DNA of 64,000 nucleotides from an uncultured Treponema sp. (lineage in GTDB: Bacteria > Spirochaetota > Spirochaetia > Treponematales > Treponemataceae): contig CAMKEG010000009.1 of NCBI GenBank assembly GCA_946411505.1, positions 18,016 to 82,015 of the forward strand, read 5' to 3'. This document shows, one piece after another, positions 17,509-27,546 of this stretch. How positions within the stretch are numbered: the first letter of the stretch is position 1; every line of letters begins with the position of its first letter. The translations under genes and the position numbers were made by a program. A model generated the notes under the pieces. The model saw only the letters and a program-made list of their open reading frames with translations, was not told the origin of the DNA and did no database searches.

Positions 17509-18144
17509 TCATGCTTGATTCTTTTTGCAAAGGTCTTTGATTATGCATTCCCCGCATTTTGGGGAACGGGCTGTACAAACATAGCGGCCGTGCAAAATCA
17601 GCCAATGGTGCGCGTGTTCCATATATTTTTTCGGAATCCGTTCCACAAGGCTTTTTTCCACTTCAAGGGGCGTGGTCCCTTCCGCCAAGCCAATCTTTGG
17701 ACAAATGCGCAAGAGATGGGTGTCCACCGGCATGGTGGGCTTTTTAAAAATCACGTTAAGGACAACGTTGGCGGTTTTGCGGCCAACGCCTGGAAGGGAT
17801 TCCAATTCCTCCCGGGTGTCAGGAACCTGGCCGCCAAAATCGTCAAGCAGCTTTTGGCTTAGGGCTATGACATGAGCCGCCTTTGTTCGGTAAAGGCCGA
17901 TGGACTTTATGTAGTCCATAAGTTTTTCTTGTCCCAGCGCGAGCATTTTTTTTGGCGTGTCGGCGATTTTGTAAAGGGGCTCGGTGGCCTTGTTGACGCT
18001 TTTGTCCGTGGCCTGCGCCGAAAGGACAACGCTTACCAAAAGAGTGTAGGCGTTCTTCCATTTTAATTCAGACTGAGGATTGGGATTTGCTTTTTTAAAG
18101 CGCTCAAAGACTTTGCGGATTTCCGCTTGCGACAAAAGTTCCAT
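17509..18144 (-). CDS. nth: Endonuclease III
   Basis: LSAQATD, LPGVGRKTANVV HhH motif, VDTH, and the C-X6-C-X2-C-X5-C Fe-S motif. Confidence 0.96.
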   Translation of the reverse strand: MELLSQAEIRKVFERFKKANPNPQSELKWKNAYTLLVSVVLSAQATDKSVNKATEPLYKIADTPKKMLALGQEKLMDYIKSIGLYRTKAAHVIALSQKLLDDFGGQVPDTREELESLPGVGRKTANVVLNVIFKKPTMPVDTHLLRICPKIGLAEGTTPLEVEKSLVERIPKKYMEHAHHWLILHGRYVCTARSPKCGECIIKDLCKKNQA

Positions 18145-18225
18145 TAAGAATACTCTAGCGCGCTTTTCGCGCTTTTGCTAGTAGAAGTATTTACTGCGCT
18201 CTCGCGAGCGCTACTGGCAATAGCA

Positions 18226-18260
18226 TAAAAAAAACGCGGAGCAAGAGCTCCGCGCTTTTT
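18226..18260 (-). terminator. Rho-independent terminator
   Basis: CGCGGAGC-loop-GCTCCGCG stem with A/T runs on both sides, downstream of 18275..19084. Confidence 0.75.
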
Positions 18261-18274
18261 GGCCTTGAATTGTT

Positions 18275-19084
18275 TTACTCCAAGTCGGTAAGGGTGACGC
18301 AAATGTCGTCGTTTTTGTTTTGGAAGGCAAAGCCGTAATCTTTTTTTCCGTTGACCGCGAATCCAAAATAATAGAATTCGTTAATGTCGTATTGCTCCAT
18401 TTCCAAAACGCCCTTGTTCTTTCCGCCGACGACATTGACGTAAGAAACGATTGAGCCAAGCGGAATCCATTTCAATTCCTTTTTGTGGTAGCCGAAGACT
18501 TTCATTGAAATAGCCTGCACGCTCGTTCTGTTTATGACTGAAATGTTTTCGTCGGAGTCGTCGGGAATCTCCGATTCGGCCAAAACATAAGAGTGCGGCT
18601 CGTTAAGAACGGGCTTTGGCGTCATGTCAAGGCCGTCTTCAGGGCGACGGACTTCAAGCAAAAGCGGCGCGTTGGCCACCTTGCCTCGGCTTTTTGTAGG
18701 GTTGAACAAGTAATTGTTTCCAGCCTCTTTTTCTGACGGAACAATGGCGAAGTATCTCATTTTTCCGAGCGAAGGATACTTGTTTCCGACATCGGTTCTA
18801 TCGGCAAAGGCGCGAAGGTTGGCCTTTCCCAAACTGTCCCACTGTTTTGTGGCCGCCGAGTGGACAAAAACTTCAAAGGTGATGTTTCTGTATTCCGTGT
18901 AGTTTATGACCCTGATTTTTGAAATGCCTTTTCCCTTTAAGTCCGTGGCGTCAAAGACAAAGGCGTTTTTGCTCGGCCCGTCAGGCATTTCGTAATTTGT
19001 GTCGATTTTAACGACGGCCTTTTGTGCGGCCGCGCTAAAAAGAATTCCAAAGGCAATAATAAATGTAGAAAAGATTTTTTTCAT
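18275..19084 (-). CDS. Secreted hypothetical protein with two internally repeated domains
   Basis: Signal peptide MKKIFSTFIIAFGILFSAAAQ and SD GGAG. Repeated pattern I.VIN.T...I...VF.......W..LG occurs in both halves. Confidence 0.75.
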   Translation of the reverse strand: MKKIFSTFIIAFGILFSAAAQKAVVKIDTNYEMPDGPSKNAFVFDATDLKGKGISKIRVINYTEYRNITFEVFVHSAATKQWDSLGKANLRAFADRTDVGNKYPSLGKMRYFAIVPSEKEAGNNYLFNPTKSRGKVANAPLLLEVRRPEDGLDMTPKPVLNEPHSYVLAESEIPDDSDENISVINRTSVQAISMKVFGYHKKELKWIPLGSIVSYVNVVGGKNKGVLEMEQYDINEFYYFGFAVNGKKDYGFAFQNKNDDICVTLTDLE

Positions 19085-19136
19085 AAAAGCGCTCCTTATT
19101 AGGGAACATTTTACAAAAAACGCCGTTGTCATAAAA

Positions 19137-19151
19137 GGGAGAAAAACTCCT
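19137..19151. promoter_or_regulatory. Putative response-regulator box
   Basis: GGGAG-AAAAA-CTCCT lies 23 nt upstream of a TGTAAAAT -10 on the minus strand, the same geometry as at the GH5 promoter. Confidence 0.55.
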
Positions 19152-19190
19152 AATTTTCCGCACAAGCGCGGCCTGCGCGGCCTGCGTTTT

Positions 19191-19802
19191 TCAACCAAAC
19201 GCGGCTTCAAGTTCGGCGCGGCTTTTGACGCAAAGCTTGTCGTAAATGTAGCTTACGTAGTTTTCCACGGTGTGGAGCGAGATGAAAAGCTCGCCCGCGA
19301 TTTCTTCGTTGCTCTTTTGCTGCAAAAGTTTTTCCAAAATGCGCTTTTCCTGCCGCGTCAAAAGCGGGGAGACTTTTTCAATTTTTTCCAAGGAGCCGCG
19401 CGCCTTTCCCTCAAAATATTCCTTGCCCGAAAGAACCGTTTCAAGGCAGCGTACTAGTTCCTCTTCGCTGGCCACCTTGCTGATGTAGCCCTTTACGCCG
19501 GCGGACGCGGCTTGCATTATGTAACCGGCTGTGTCATACATTGAATACATTACGCATTTTACGCTTGGAAAATCGCGCGCGATTTGAGAGGCCAGCGCGA
19601 TTCCGCTTTCGTTTAAAAGCTGGACGTCAACGATTACGATTTGCGGAAGCTCATTGCGGCCGCCGGCGTCTTTTAGGGCTTTTAAGCATTCCTGGCTTTG
19701 GGAAAAGGTTTTTGGAACGCGCCAGTCGGTGTTCTCTTCCAAATAATCCTTCACGCCCTTTTGCATCATTTTGTGGTCGTCCACAATGTAAAGCGTCTTC
19801 AT
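19191..19802 (-). CDS. NarL/LuxR-family response regulator
   Basis: IVDDH, IVDVQL (phospho-Asp), GYISK, and C-terminal LTRQEKRIL..SNEEIAGELFISLHTVENY. Confidence 0.93.
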   Translation of the reverse strand: MKTLYIVDDHKMMQKGVKDYLEENTDWRVPKTFSQSQECLKALKDAGGRNELPQIVIVDVQLLNESGIALASQIARDFPSVKCVMYSMYDTAGYIMQAASAGVKGYISKVASEEELVRCLETVLSGKEYFEGKARGSLEKIEKVSPLLTRQEKRILEKLLQQKSNEEIAGELFISLHTVENYVSYIYDKLCVKSRAELEAAFG

Positions 19803-19805
19803 TTT

Positions 19806-21710
19806 TTAAATCTCCACGCTGAGCTTGATTTGCATTCCGTCGTCTGGGGCGGAACGGAAGCTTATCGCCGCTCCGATTGTCTTCGCTCGTTCCTGCATTT
19901 GCCTAAGGCCAAAATGCGTCCGCCAGTTGGCGCCGGACCTGGCCTTGTCCAAGTCGCAGCCGCGGCCGTTGTCTATTATAAAAAGCGTAAGAACTTTTTT
20001 GTCCTGCTGGCTTTCCGTCCGCGCCAAAATTTGCGCCTCGGTCGCGTAGGAATGTTTTTCGATGTTGGCAAACGCCTCTTGGACGATTCTTACAAGGCAT
20101 TGGCACTTTTCCTTTTCCACAAGAATTTCTTCAAGGCATTGCGCCGCGTTAAGCGAGCATTTGATTTTTGACTTGGCCTCAAACTGCTCGCCCAGGGATT
20201 TTAGGATCGAAAGCAAATTTATTTTTCCGGGATTGGGCGACGGAAGCGAAAATTCCGCAGGCTCCAGGCCGTAGCAAATGTTCCGCATCTTTACTATGCA
20301 GTCCGTGATTTTTTCGGACAAGTCCTTTTGCTTTTGCTCTTGCCCTTCTTGGACTTTTAGCATTTCCGCCTCAATGCGAATCGCTCGGATGTCCTGCACG
20401 ATTGAGTCGTGGATGTCGCGGGAAATTTTTCCACGCTCCTCCTCTTGGATTTGAAAGGCGATTCTTCTTTGCCAAGAAACGGAAAAGCGGCCTTTTAAAA
20501 ATTCGTAAAACAAGAGCAGCAAAAGCAAAATGACAAACACAAGGCCCGCGCAAATTCTTATAAGCCAAGCCGTCGCGGAGTCGCCGCCCATGCGCGCCAA
20601 ATTGAAAAGCCCCTTTGAGGCCTGCGCGACATTGATTCCGTCGTAAAGCCATTTTGTCTTTTTGTCCGCGTCGCGAATCAAAAGGCCGCCCTTTGTTCCT
20701 TCTATTGGAAGCGGGTCGCTTGTGTTAAAGGAATATGTGACGGCGTAAATTTCTTTTAGCGCTTCCGGGATAAAAAAGCGAAGCCCGTTTTGGCCGTCTG
20801 TGATTTCAAAAACAAGCGAATAGTCCCAGGTCCATTTTTCAGACGGAAGGCCTTTGTCTTTAAATGAGCCTTTCATCAAGATTGCGTAAAGGCTTTCGTT
20901 GGCCTCGGCGAATGTCGTTTCGGTCCAAATCATTCCAATGTTCATTGCGTTGACTTTGTCGCGCTCCCGTATTGTCACGGCGCTTTCTTTTAAGGCTTTT
21001 CCGTCCTTGTCGCGGCGGAACAAATATTTTTCAAGCGGAACGATTGAAACCTTGTCCGCTTGGTTCAAAAAATCCTCGGCCCTGCCGCTTTCCAAAAGCC
21101 ATTCAAGCGCCTCGGCCCCGTAGACAAAGGCGCCGTCGTCTTTTTGGAGCGCGAAAATCGGATTTGCTCCCGGGTCCGCGAATGTGTAAAGCGCGTTCAA
21201 AAAACCGTCGTGGTCGGGACGCGCGGGGCTTTGAATGTAGGCCGTCCAAAGGTCTTGAAAAAGCCAGCCCTCCAAAGCGTTGTGCCGCCAAACGCCGGCC
21301 GCCGAATATTTTCGCTCGCCGTCCATTTGCGCGGTGTGAAGGCCTTCATGCAAAAATAGGTTTCCGCTTCCGTGGGCTTTGTAGTTTCCGCAGTGAACCA
21401 TAAAGTAAAGCTTTTGCGTTTTTGGCCAAAAATGCATTCCGTAAACAAAGCGCGCTCTTGTGTCGGGGAACGGCTCGAACAGGACGCGCGTTTCGCCGCT
21501 GGATTTTTCAAAAGAGTACAAGCGGTTCTTTCCGTCGGCGGCGCTTGCCGCGCTCACAAAAATCCACTGGCCGTCGTCGGATTGCGTCCATTCGTAAACA
21601 GCTTGGGTCTCGCTTAAAATTTCTTGCGGCAAGCTTTGAGATGTCGCCTTTGCCGCCAAAAAAAATACGGCGGCGAAAAAAAGAAAATGCCTTTTCATCG
21701 CCGCCATCAT
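19806..21710 (-). CDS. Sensor histidine kinase (HisKA_3 type) with a large extracytoplasmic domain
   Basis: Signal/TM segment, a second TM at ~LIRICAGLVFVILLLLLLF, then EERGKISRDIHDSIVQ, QEAFANIEKH, IDNGRG and HFGL. Confidence 0.9.
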   Translation of the reverse strand: MMAAMKRHFLFFAAVFFLAAKATSQSLPQEILSETQAVYEWTQSDDGQWIFVSAASAADGKNRLYSFEKSSGETRVLFEPFPDTRARFVYGMHFWPKTQKLYFMVHCGNYKAHGSGNLFLHEGLHTAQMDGERKYSAAGVWRHNALEGWLFQDLWTAYIQSPARPDHDGFLNALYTFADPGANPIFALQKDDGAFVYGAEALEWLLESGRAEDFLNQADKVSIVPLEKYLFRRDKDGKALKESAVTIRERDKVNAMNIGMIWTETTFAEANESLYAILMKGSFKDKGLPSEKWTWDYSLVFEITDGQNGLRFFIPEALKEIYAVTYSFNTSDPLPIEGTKGGLLIRDADKKTKWLYDGINVAQASKGLFNLARMGGDSATAWLIRICAGLVFVILLLLLLFYEFLKGRFSVSWQRRIAFQIQEEERGKISRDIHDSIVQDIRAIRIEAEMLKVQEGQEQKQKDLSEKITDCIVKMRNICYGLEPAEFSLPSPNPGKINLLSILKSLGEQFEAKSKIKCSLNAAQCLEEILVEKEKCQCLVRIVQEAFANIEKHSYATEAQILARTESQQDKKVLTLFIIDNGRGCDLDKARSGANWRTHFGLRQMQERAKTIGAAISFRSAPDDGMQIKLSVEI

Positions 21711-21734
21711 AGCGCAAATCGCCGATAAATTATA

Positions 21735-21771
21735 GGGAGAGAAACTCCCAAAAAAAAGGAGTCAAACTCCC
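21735..21771. promoter_or_regulatory. Tandem putative response-regulator boxes upstream of GH5
   Basis: GGGAG-AGAAA-CTCCC (21735-21749) and AGGAG-TCAAA-CTCCC (21757-21771) with a 22-bp period. A TAAAAT -10 follows 23 nt later. Confidence 0.6.
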
Positions 21772-21807
21772 AATACACATAGAAGAAAAGAATGTAAAAT
21801 TGGCGCT

Positions 21808-23628
21808 ATGAAAAAGACAAATTTATTGACAATCACAACTCTTTTGCTTTTGGGCGCGCTCTTTTTTTCGTGCTCCAATTCTTCCAGCGGCTCCATTCCC
21901 GCTTTGCCAAGCGGCGGCGGCTCTTCCGATTCTAGCGGAACTCCATCCAGCGACCCGCAGGAACAACCGCAAGTTCAGCCGCGTCCTAATGTCACATTGA
22001 ACGCAAGCCTTTCCGCGCTTGACATAGCCCAAAAAATGGAATGCGGCTGGAATCTTGGAAACAGTCTTGACTATCGATTGTGCGACGGAAATTATCCGTG
22101 CAACTATGGCCTTGGCGCCGAAACCGCTTGGGGAGAAGTTTTGACAACTGAACAAATCATAAAGACAGGAATTCAAAACGGTTATAAGACAATAAGGATT
22201 CCCGTGACTTGGTTCAACCATCTTGTGGACGCCAACTACACGATTGACCCAAAATGGATGGCGCGTGTAAAGCAAGTTGTCAACTGGGCGATTGACGCGG
22301 GCTATTACGTTATCTTGAACGAACACCATTCTGTCCGAGATGAAATCGAAAAACCTTTGCAGCGCTATGCGGGCTACAACATAAGACGCGGCGACGAGGA
22401 GGAGTCAAAGAGATTTTTGGAAGCGGTGTGGAAGCAAATCGCGGCGGCCTTTAACAACGAATATGACGAACATCTTATTTTTGAAACGCTGAACGAGCCG
22501 CGAAACATCGGCCACAAAGTTGGCAACGCCGACCACGAATGGTCGCCGGTTCCCGACTCTTGCGAAGAATGCAAGGCTAACGTCCAGCTTTTAAAAGAAT
22601 GCAACCAATTGATTTTGAACACAATACGCTCAAGCGGCGGAAACAACGCCAACCGCTGCGTTATGGTTCCTGCGTTGGGTACTCAATTGCAGTCTGCGCT
22701 TGACTTGGGCCTTAATATGCTTCCGGTTGATTCCGCAAGCCAAAAGCTTATGGCAACCGTCCACTGGTATCCGCTTGACGGCGGAAACACCGGCCACTAT
22801 TCCCATCACTTTGACAGCGCCACAAAAAATTCAATCAAGTCAAACATGGAAGCCTTGAATCAAAAATTTGTTTCGCATGGTATTCCTGTGGTCATTGGTG
22901 AATACGGCGCGGCTCGAAAGGCCTATGATTGGAACACCAATCAGCCCATAGCGGATTATGTCGTTACATATCAAGACAGGCTGGAATGTTTTAGCTATCT
23001 TGCAAGCTTTGGCGGAAAATATTCCGTTCCGCTTTTAAATTGGGACGCGGACAACAAGTGGGGGTCTGGCTCAAACACCATCGACCGTAAGACTTGCTCT
23101 TTGGTGGAGCCGGAATGCGTCGCGGCAATCATAAAGGCGTGGAAGGAAAAGTCGTGGGACGAAGCGAGCCTTGCGACTATTACCGAGCTTTCTGTCGGAA
23201 GCCAAACGCTTCCTTCCAGCGGCGCCGATTGGGGCTGCGTTGAATTTTCGTCGGCCGCTATTTCCGCCGCCGCGCGGGGTTCTGTCTTAAAGCTGAACAT
23301 TGAAAAAATACCGGCCGCCCCATACAGCCAAATCCGCCTTTGCCCAAGGCAAAACAGCTCTGGCGGCGAAGACTGGACGTCGTTGGACATGGGCAAGAAT
23401 GCGGGCGGCAAGGATTTTTGCGCGGCGATTGGAGAAAGCGAAGGCGGCGCGGTCTTAATAGACGCGGAGCCTTCTTCCAACGGAAAGGACATTCAGCCTT
23501 CTTCCGACGCTGCCGTTGACGTTTACTACTGGCTTTCGGAAGCCGACTGCGCGCGGCTTTCCACCGGCCTTGCGATTCGCGGCCTTGGCGTGAAAATCAA
23601 TTCCGCTTCAATCAAAAACAAAAAATAG
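21808..23628 (+). CDS. Glycoside hydrolase family 5 lipoprotein (endoglucanase-like) with a C-terminal accessory domain
   Basis: Lipobox FFSC, GWNLGN, IRIPVTW, ILNEHH, FETLNEP (acid/base) and VIGEYG (nucleophile). Confidence 0.92.
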   Translation: MKKTNLLTITTLLLLGALFFSCSNSSSGSIPALPSGGGSSDSSGTPSSDPQEQPQVQPRPNVTLNASLSALDIAQKMECGWNLGNSLDYRLCDGNYPCNYGLGAETAWGEVLTTEQIIKTGIQNGYKTIRIPVTWFNHLVDANYTIDPKWMARVKQVVNWAIDAGYYVILNEHHSVRDEIEKPLQRYAGYNIRRGDEEESKRFLEAVWKQIAAAFNNEYDEHLIFETLNEPRNIGHKVGNADHEWSPVPDSCEECKANVQLLKECNQLILNTIRSSGGNNANRCVMVPALGTQLQSALDLGLNMLPVDSASQKLMATVHWYPLDGGNTGHYSHHFDSATKNSIKSNMEALNQKFVSHGIPVVIGEYGAARKAYDWNTNQPIADYVVTYQDRLECFSYLASFGGKYSVPLLNWDADNKWGSGSNTIDRKTCSLVEPECVAAIIKAWKEKSWDEASLATITELSVGSQTLPSSGADWGCVEFSSAAISAAARGSVLKLNIEKIPAAPYSQIRLCPRQNSSGGEDWTSLDMGKNAGGKDFCAAIGESEGGAVLIDAEPSSNGKDIQPSSDAAVDVYYWLSEADCARLSTGLAIRGLGVKINSASIKNKK

Positions 23629-23656
23629 ATTGATTTTTTCATTATCAATCCGCGAT

Positions 23657-23687
23657 AAAAAAAAGCGGGGCAGCCGCCCCGCTTTTT
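23657..23687. terminator. Bidirectional Rho-independent terminator between GH5 and metK
   Basis: A8-GCGGGGC-AGCC-GCCCCGC-T5. Confidence 0.85.
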
Positions 23688-23701
23688 GGCCTTTCAACCG
23701 A

Positions 23702-24871
23702 TTACAGCGCTTTTTTCAGCGCGTCCTTTTTGTCGGTCTTTTCCCAGCTGAATTCCTTGCGGCCAAAGTGTCCGTAAGAGGCTGTCGGAGAATAAACCGG
23801 CTTTTTAAGGTCAAGCGTCTTTATGATTCCCGCAGGAGAGCAGTCAAAGACCTTTGAGACGGCCTTTGAAATTTCCGAGTCGGGAACTTTTCCAGTTCCA
23901 AAAGTGTCAACCATAATCGAAACCGGGAAGGGAACGCCAATCGCGTAGGCAAGCTCCACCTCGGCGCGGTCGGCAAGACCGGCGGCCACTATGTTCTTTG
24001 CGATGTAGCGAGCCATGTAGGCGGCCGAGCGGTCAACCTTTGACGGGTCCTTTCCGCTAAAGGCGCCGCCGCCGTGACGGCCCATTCCGCCGTAAGTGTC
24101 AACGATAATCTTTCGGCCTGTCAAGCCGGAATCTCCGTGCGGGCCGCCAACGACGAACTGGCCTGTGGGGTTGATGAAGTACTTGGTCTTTTTGTCCAAA
24201 AGGCCTGTGGGCTCCAAAACGGGCTTGATGATTTGTTCAATCAAGTCGTCCTTGATTGTCTTGTATTTTACTCCGGGATTGTGCTGGTGCGAAAGGACAA
24301 CCGTGTCAATGTGAACGGGCTTGTGGCCTTCGTATTCCAGCGTGACCTGGGCTTTTGCGTCCGGGCGCATCCATTCGATTTTCTTTGAATGGCGGGCCTT
24401 TGAGGCGGCGCGCAGAAGCTTGTGGGCGTACATTACGGGCGCGGGCATAAGCTCCGGCGTTTCGTTGCAGGCAAAGCCGAACATCATTCCTTGGTCTCCG
24501 GCGCCCTGCTGGCCCTTGTATTCGGCCAATCCCGTTCCAACAACGCCTTGGTTGATGTCGGGCGACTGCGCGTGAACGGTGTTCAAAACCGCCATCGAAT
24601 CCGCGTCCAGGCCGTAGTCGGCGTTTGTGTAGCCGATTTTGCGCGCAACGTCGCGCGCGATTGTTTGGATGTCCAGCTCCTTGAATTTGGTGGAAATTTC
24701 TCCGCCAACTAAGACCATTCCAGTCGTCGTAAAGCACTCGCAGGCAACGTGACTGTTAGGATCTTTGGCCAGACAAGCGTCCAACACTGCGTCGGAAATC
24801 TGGTCGCACACCTTGTCCGGGTGTCCTTCGCTTACAGACTCCGAAGTGAACAAATAACGCTCTTCTGTCAT
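23702..24871 (-). CDS. metK: S-adenosylmethionine synthetase
   Basis: [38 protein letters not shown] and [16 protein letters not shown]. Confidence 0.98.
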   Translation of the reverse strand: MTEERYLFTSESVSEGHPDKVCDQISDAVLDACLAKDPNSHVACECFTTTGMVLVGGEISTKFKELDIQTIARDVARKIGYTNADYGLDADSMAVLNTVHAQSPDINQGVVGTGLAEYKGQQGAGDQGMMFGFACNETPELMPAPVMYAHKLLRAASKARHSKKIEWMRPDAKAQVTLEYEGHKPVHIDTVVLSHQHNPGVKYKTIKDDLIEQIIKPVLEPTGLLDKKTKYFINPTGQFVVGGPHGDSGLTGRKIIVDTYGGMGRHGGGAFSGKDPSKVDRSAAYMARYIAKNIVAAGLADRAEVELAYAIGVPFPVSIMVDTFGTGKVPDSEISKAVSKVFDCSPAGIIKTLDLKKPVYSPTASYGHFGRKEFSWEKTDKKDALKKAL

Positions 24872-25023
24872 TATTCTGCTCCTAAAGATAAAGATTTTTT
24901 TAGGCGGGCATGTGGCGAGCGCGTCCGCCTTTTTTGCAAGCGTTCAAATTCTCTAAAAAAAGACTTGAACAACTTTGAAAAATATATTATAGTAATCTAT
25001 CATTAAATTCAAGGGGATACGAT

Positions 25024-25341
25024 ATGCCTTTAAAGAAGACTTTTTCAAAAGATAAAAAAAAGTGTACTGTAACATTCAGTGTTCCGCCTGAGGCCGCCCA
25101 GGGAGCGGAGACAATCAACCTTGCCGGCGATTTCAACAGTTGGAGCAGCAAGGAAAATCCCCTAAAAAAAGGCAAGGACGGAACTTTCTCCGTAAAATTG
25201 ACACTTGACGCCGGCCGCGAATACCAGTTCCGCTATTTGGTTGACGGAAAAAAATGGGAAAACGACTGGAAGGCCGACAAGTACGTCGCCGCGCCTTACT
25301 CAAACGCCGACAATTCTGTTGTTAGCACTATAATTGAATAG
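25024..25341 (+). CDS. Isoamylase early-set / CBM48-like glycogen-binding protein
   Basis: LAGDFNSW, YQFRYLVDGKKWEND and NSV motifs. Confidence 0.85.
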   Translation: MPLKKTFSKDKKKCTVTFSVPPEAAQGAETINLAGDFNSWSSKENPLKKGKDGTFSVKLTLDAGREYQFRYLVDGKKWENDWKADKYVAAPYSNADNSVVSTIIE

Positions 25342-25410
25342 TTGACCATAAAACGGCCGCTCTGTTGAGCGGCCTTGTTCTTTTAAAGCGGCGCCGTTTT
25401 GCGACGGCCG

Positions 25411-25443
25411 AAAAAAAAACCGCTCCTTTCGGGGCGGTTTTTT
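25411..25443. terminator. Bidirectional terminator
   Basis: A9-CCGCTCC-TTTC-GGGGCGG-T6 between convergent genes. Confidence 0.8.
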
Positions 25444-25454
25444 GTTTTTGCGAA

Positions 25455-27011
25455 TTAGAACTTTGCCTTGCGCAGGCGGACTCTTTCGATGTCCTCGCTA
25501 AAGAGCTCGCGCAAGTCGTTTAGGCCCAGCGCCATGAGCGCCATGCGGTCGATTCCGATTCCCCAGGCCAAGACGGGAACGTCGATTCCCATCGCCTTTG
25601 TGACTTCCGGCCTAAAGATGCCCGAGCCGCCAAGCTCAAACCAGCCCAACTTGGGGTGCTTGATGTGCACTTCTATGCTGGGCTCGGTGAAGGGGAAGTA
25701 GCCGGGAACGTATTTCACTTCCGTGGCGCCCGCGATTTCCTTGGCGAACATTTCCAAAAAGCCCAAAAGGGTTCGCAAGTTGACGTCGTTTCCCAAAACG
25801 ATTCCTTCCGTCTGGTAAAAGTCGCTAAGGTGGGTCGCGTCAACTTTGTCGTATCTAAAGCAGCGGGCGATTCCAAAGTATTTTCCGGGAATCTTGGCCT
25901 TGTGCAGCTGGTGGGCGCTCAAAACCGTTCCCTGGCTTCGCAAAATCAAGCGGCGGGTGAACTCGTTGTCAAACTGGTAGTTCCAGCCGCGGCTTCCGCT
26001 GTTGCCGCCGTTTTCGTGGACGGCCTTTACGTTGCTAAGATACGGCTCCTCGATTGCCTTTGCGTGCGTCGGGTTTTTGATGCGGTAAACGTCGTGGATG
26101 TCGCGGGCGGCGTGGAACTGCGGCATGAATAGGGCGTCGCCGTTCCAGAATTCGGTCTCGACAAGCGGGCCGTCAAACTCTTCAAAGCCAAGCGAGCAAA
26201 GCTTGTCCTTTACAGATTCCAAGAACTGGACGTAAGGATTGGTGCGGCCCGGAATGATTCTGGCCGGCGGAACTCCGATGTTGTAGCCTCGGAAGGTTCC
26301 TTTTTTCCATTCGCCCGAGGCCAGCATGGCCGGAGTGATTTCTCCGATTTCATTGCCTGTGACGCCGGCCTTTTTAAGGGCTTCGGCCACTTTCTCAAAG
26401 GCTTCCTTTAGTTTGTAGACGACCGTCTCGCGCTCAATCGTGCGGAATGGCGTTTCCGACACGCCGCGCTTTTTGGTAAGGCCGGCCATCACCTGCTTTT
26501 CCTCTTCGCTAAGGTCTTTTGCGTCAAGCGTGGCGTTCTCAGCGGCGGCCGCCTTTTGGACCAAGGCCTTGGCGACCGTGATTCTTTGCGGCAAGGGCTT
26601 TCCTGTGGCTTCGGCCTTTTTTTCGGCGTTCATCTGCAGGACGCCTTCCTTGCTCAAAGGGCCGAAGGCTGAACCGACATCCTTTCCTTCTATGTTCAAG
26701 GCCGCCGCGATTTCGGGCATGGACTTGGCTCCCTCTTTTTGAAGGAGGCTGACGATTTTTTCCTCCACAAAGCCTTCAGATTGAACCTTGCGGCCAAAGT
26801 CCGTCAATTCGTAATAGGTGTGCGGAGTTCTGGCGACTTCCGACAAGAGCTCTTTTCCCATAAGCCAGCTGAAGGCTTGGTTTGCGTGGCCTTCCTTGTA
26901 GCCAAGCTCCGACTGAAGTTTTGCCGAAGTAAGCTCGTCCTTAAGGCCGTAGCGCAGCAAAACTTTTGTTTCCAAAGGGTGAAGGTTTTTAATGACGCTT
27001 GAGATGTCCAT
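25455..27011 (-). CDS. pheS: Phenylalanine-tRNA ligase alpha subunit (long, archaeal/spirochaete type)
   Basis: N-terminal wHTH-like extension, FWNGDALFMPQFHAARDIHD, FYQTEG and YFPFTEPS. Confidence 0.95.
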   Translation of the reverse strand: MDISSVIKNLHPLETKVLLRYGLKDELTSAKLQSELGYKEGHANQAFSWLMGKELLSEVARTPHTYYELTDFGRKVQSEGFVEEKIVSLLQKEGAKSMPEIAAALNIEGKDVGSAFGPLSKEGVLQMNAEKKAEATGKPLPQRITVAKALVQKAAAAENATLDAKDLSEEEKQVMAGLTKKRGVSETPFRTIERETVVYKLKEAFEKVAEALKKAGVTGNEIGEITPAMLASGEWKKGTFRGYNIGVPPARIIPGRTNPYVQFLESVKDKLCSLGFEEFDGPLVETEFWNGDALFMPQFHAARDIHDVYRIKNPTHAKAIEEPYLSNVKAVHENGGNSGSRGWNYQFDNEFTRRLILRSQGTVLSAHQLHKAKIPGKYFGIARCFRYDKVDATHLSDFYQTEGIVLGNDVNLRTLLGFLEMFAKEIAGATEVKYVPGYFPFTEPSIEVHIKHPKLGWFELGGSGIFRPEVTKAMGIDVPVLAWGIGIDRMALMALGLNDLRELFSEDIERVRLRKAKF

Positions 27012-27090
27012 TTTCTTAAATAGTCCTTGTGAATTTAAAGAAACGCCAAGGCCTTTTGCCCCGGCGTTTTCTTGTCAGTTTATTTTATTT

Positions 27091-27489
27091 TTAGCGCTGG
27101 AATTTGACTTGGCAGGCGTAAGTGGCCTGCTTGAGTCCGCGCGCGTTTTTCTTGTAAGAAAGGCGGTCCTGCTTCATGTACTTGTAGCCGTAGTAGTTCT
27201 TTTCAAGCTGAAAGTCATTGAGGCAGGCGTGGATTGTTTCGCGCGCCTCCGATTCCTTGAAAGAAACCTCAAGGCAAGTGTAGTAAATGCGGACTTCGTC
27301 CAAGGCCGCGATGTATTCGATGCGGACCTGGGCGGTCTTGTTCTGTGTATGCATGTCTTCCGGAACGATTACCTGGACGCTTGTGTCCATGGACGCGTTT
27401 TCGTCGTCAGCGTTTGCCGAGCCGCTCTGCGCGAAAACTGTCGCGGAAAGGGCCGCCATAATCGCGATAATTCCTAGAAATTTTTTCAT
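27091..27489 (-). CDS. Hypothetical exported protein
   Basis: Signal peptide MKKFLGIIAIMAALSATVFAQ, SD GGAGG, and backbone codon usage. Confidence 0.75.
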   Translation of the reverse strand: MKKFLGIIAIMAALSATVFAQSGSANADDENASMDTSVQVIVPEDMHTQNKTAQVRIEYIAALDEVRIYYTCLEVSFKESEARETIHACLNDFQLEKNYYGYKYMKQDRLSYKKNARGLKQATYACQVKFQR

Positions 27490-27546
27490 AATTTGCCTCC
27501 TGTAAGCCAGATAAAGCCGCCCGCCGCTTGGACGGAAAGCGCCTTC

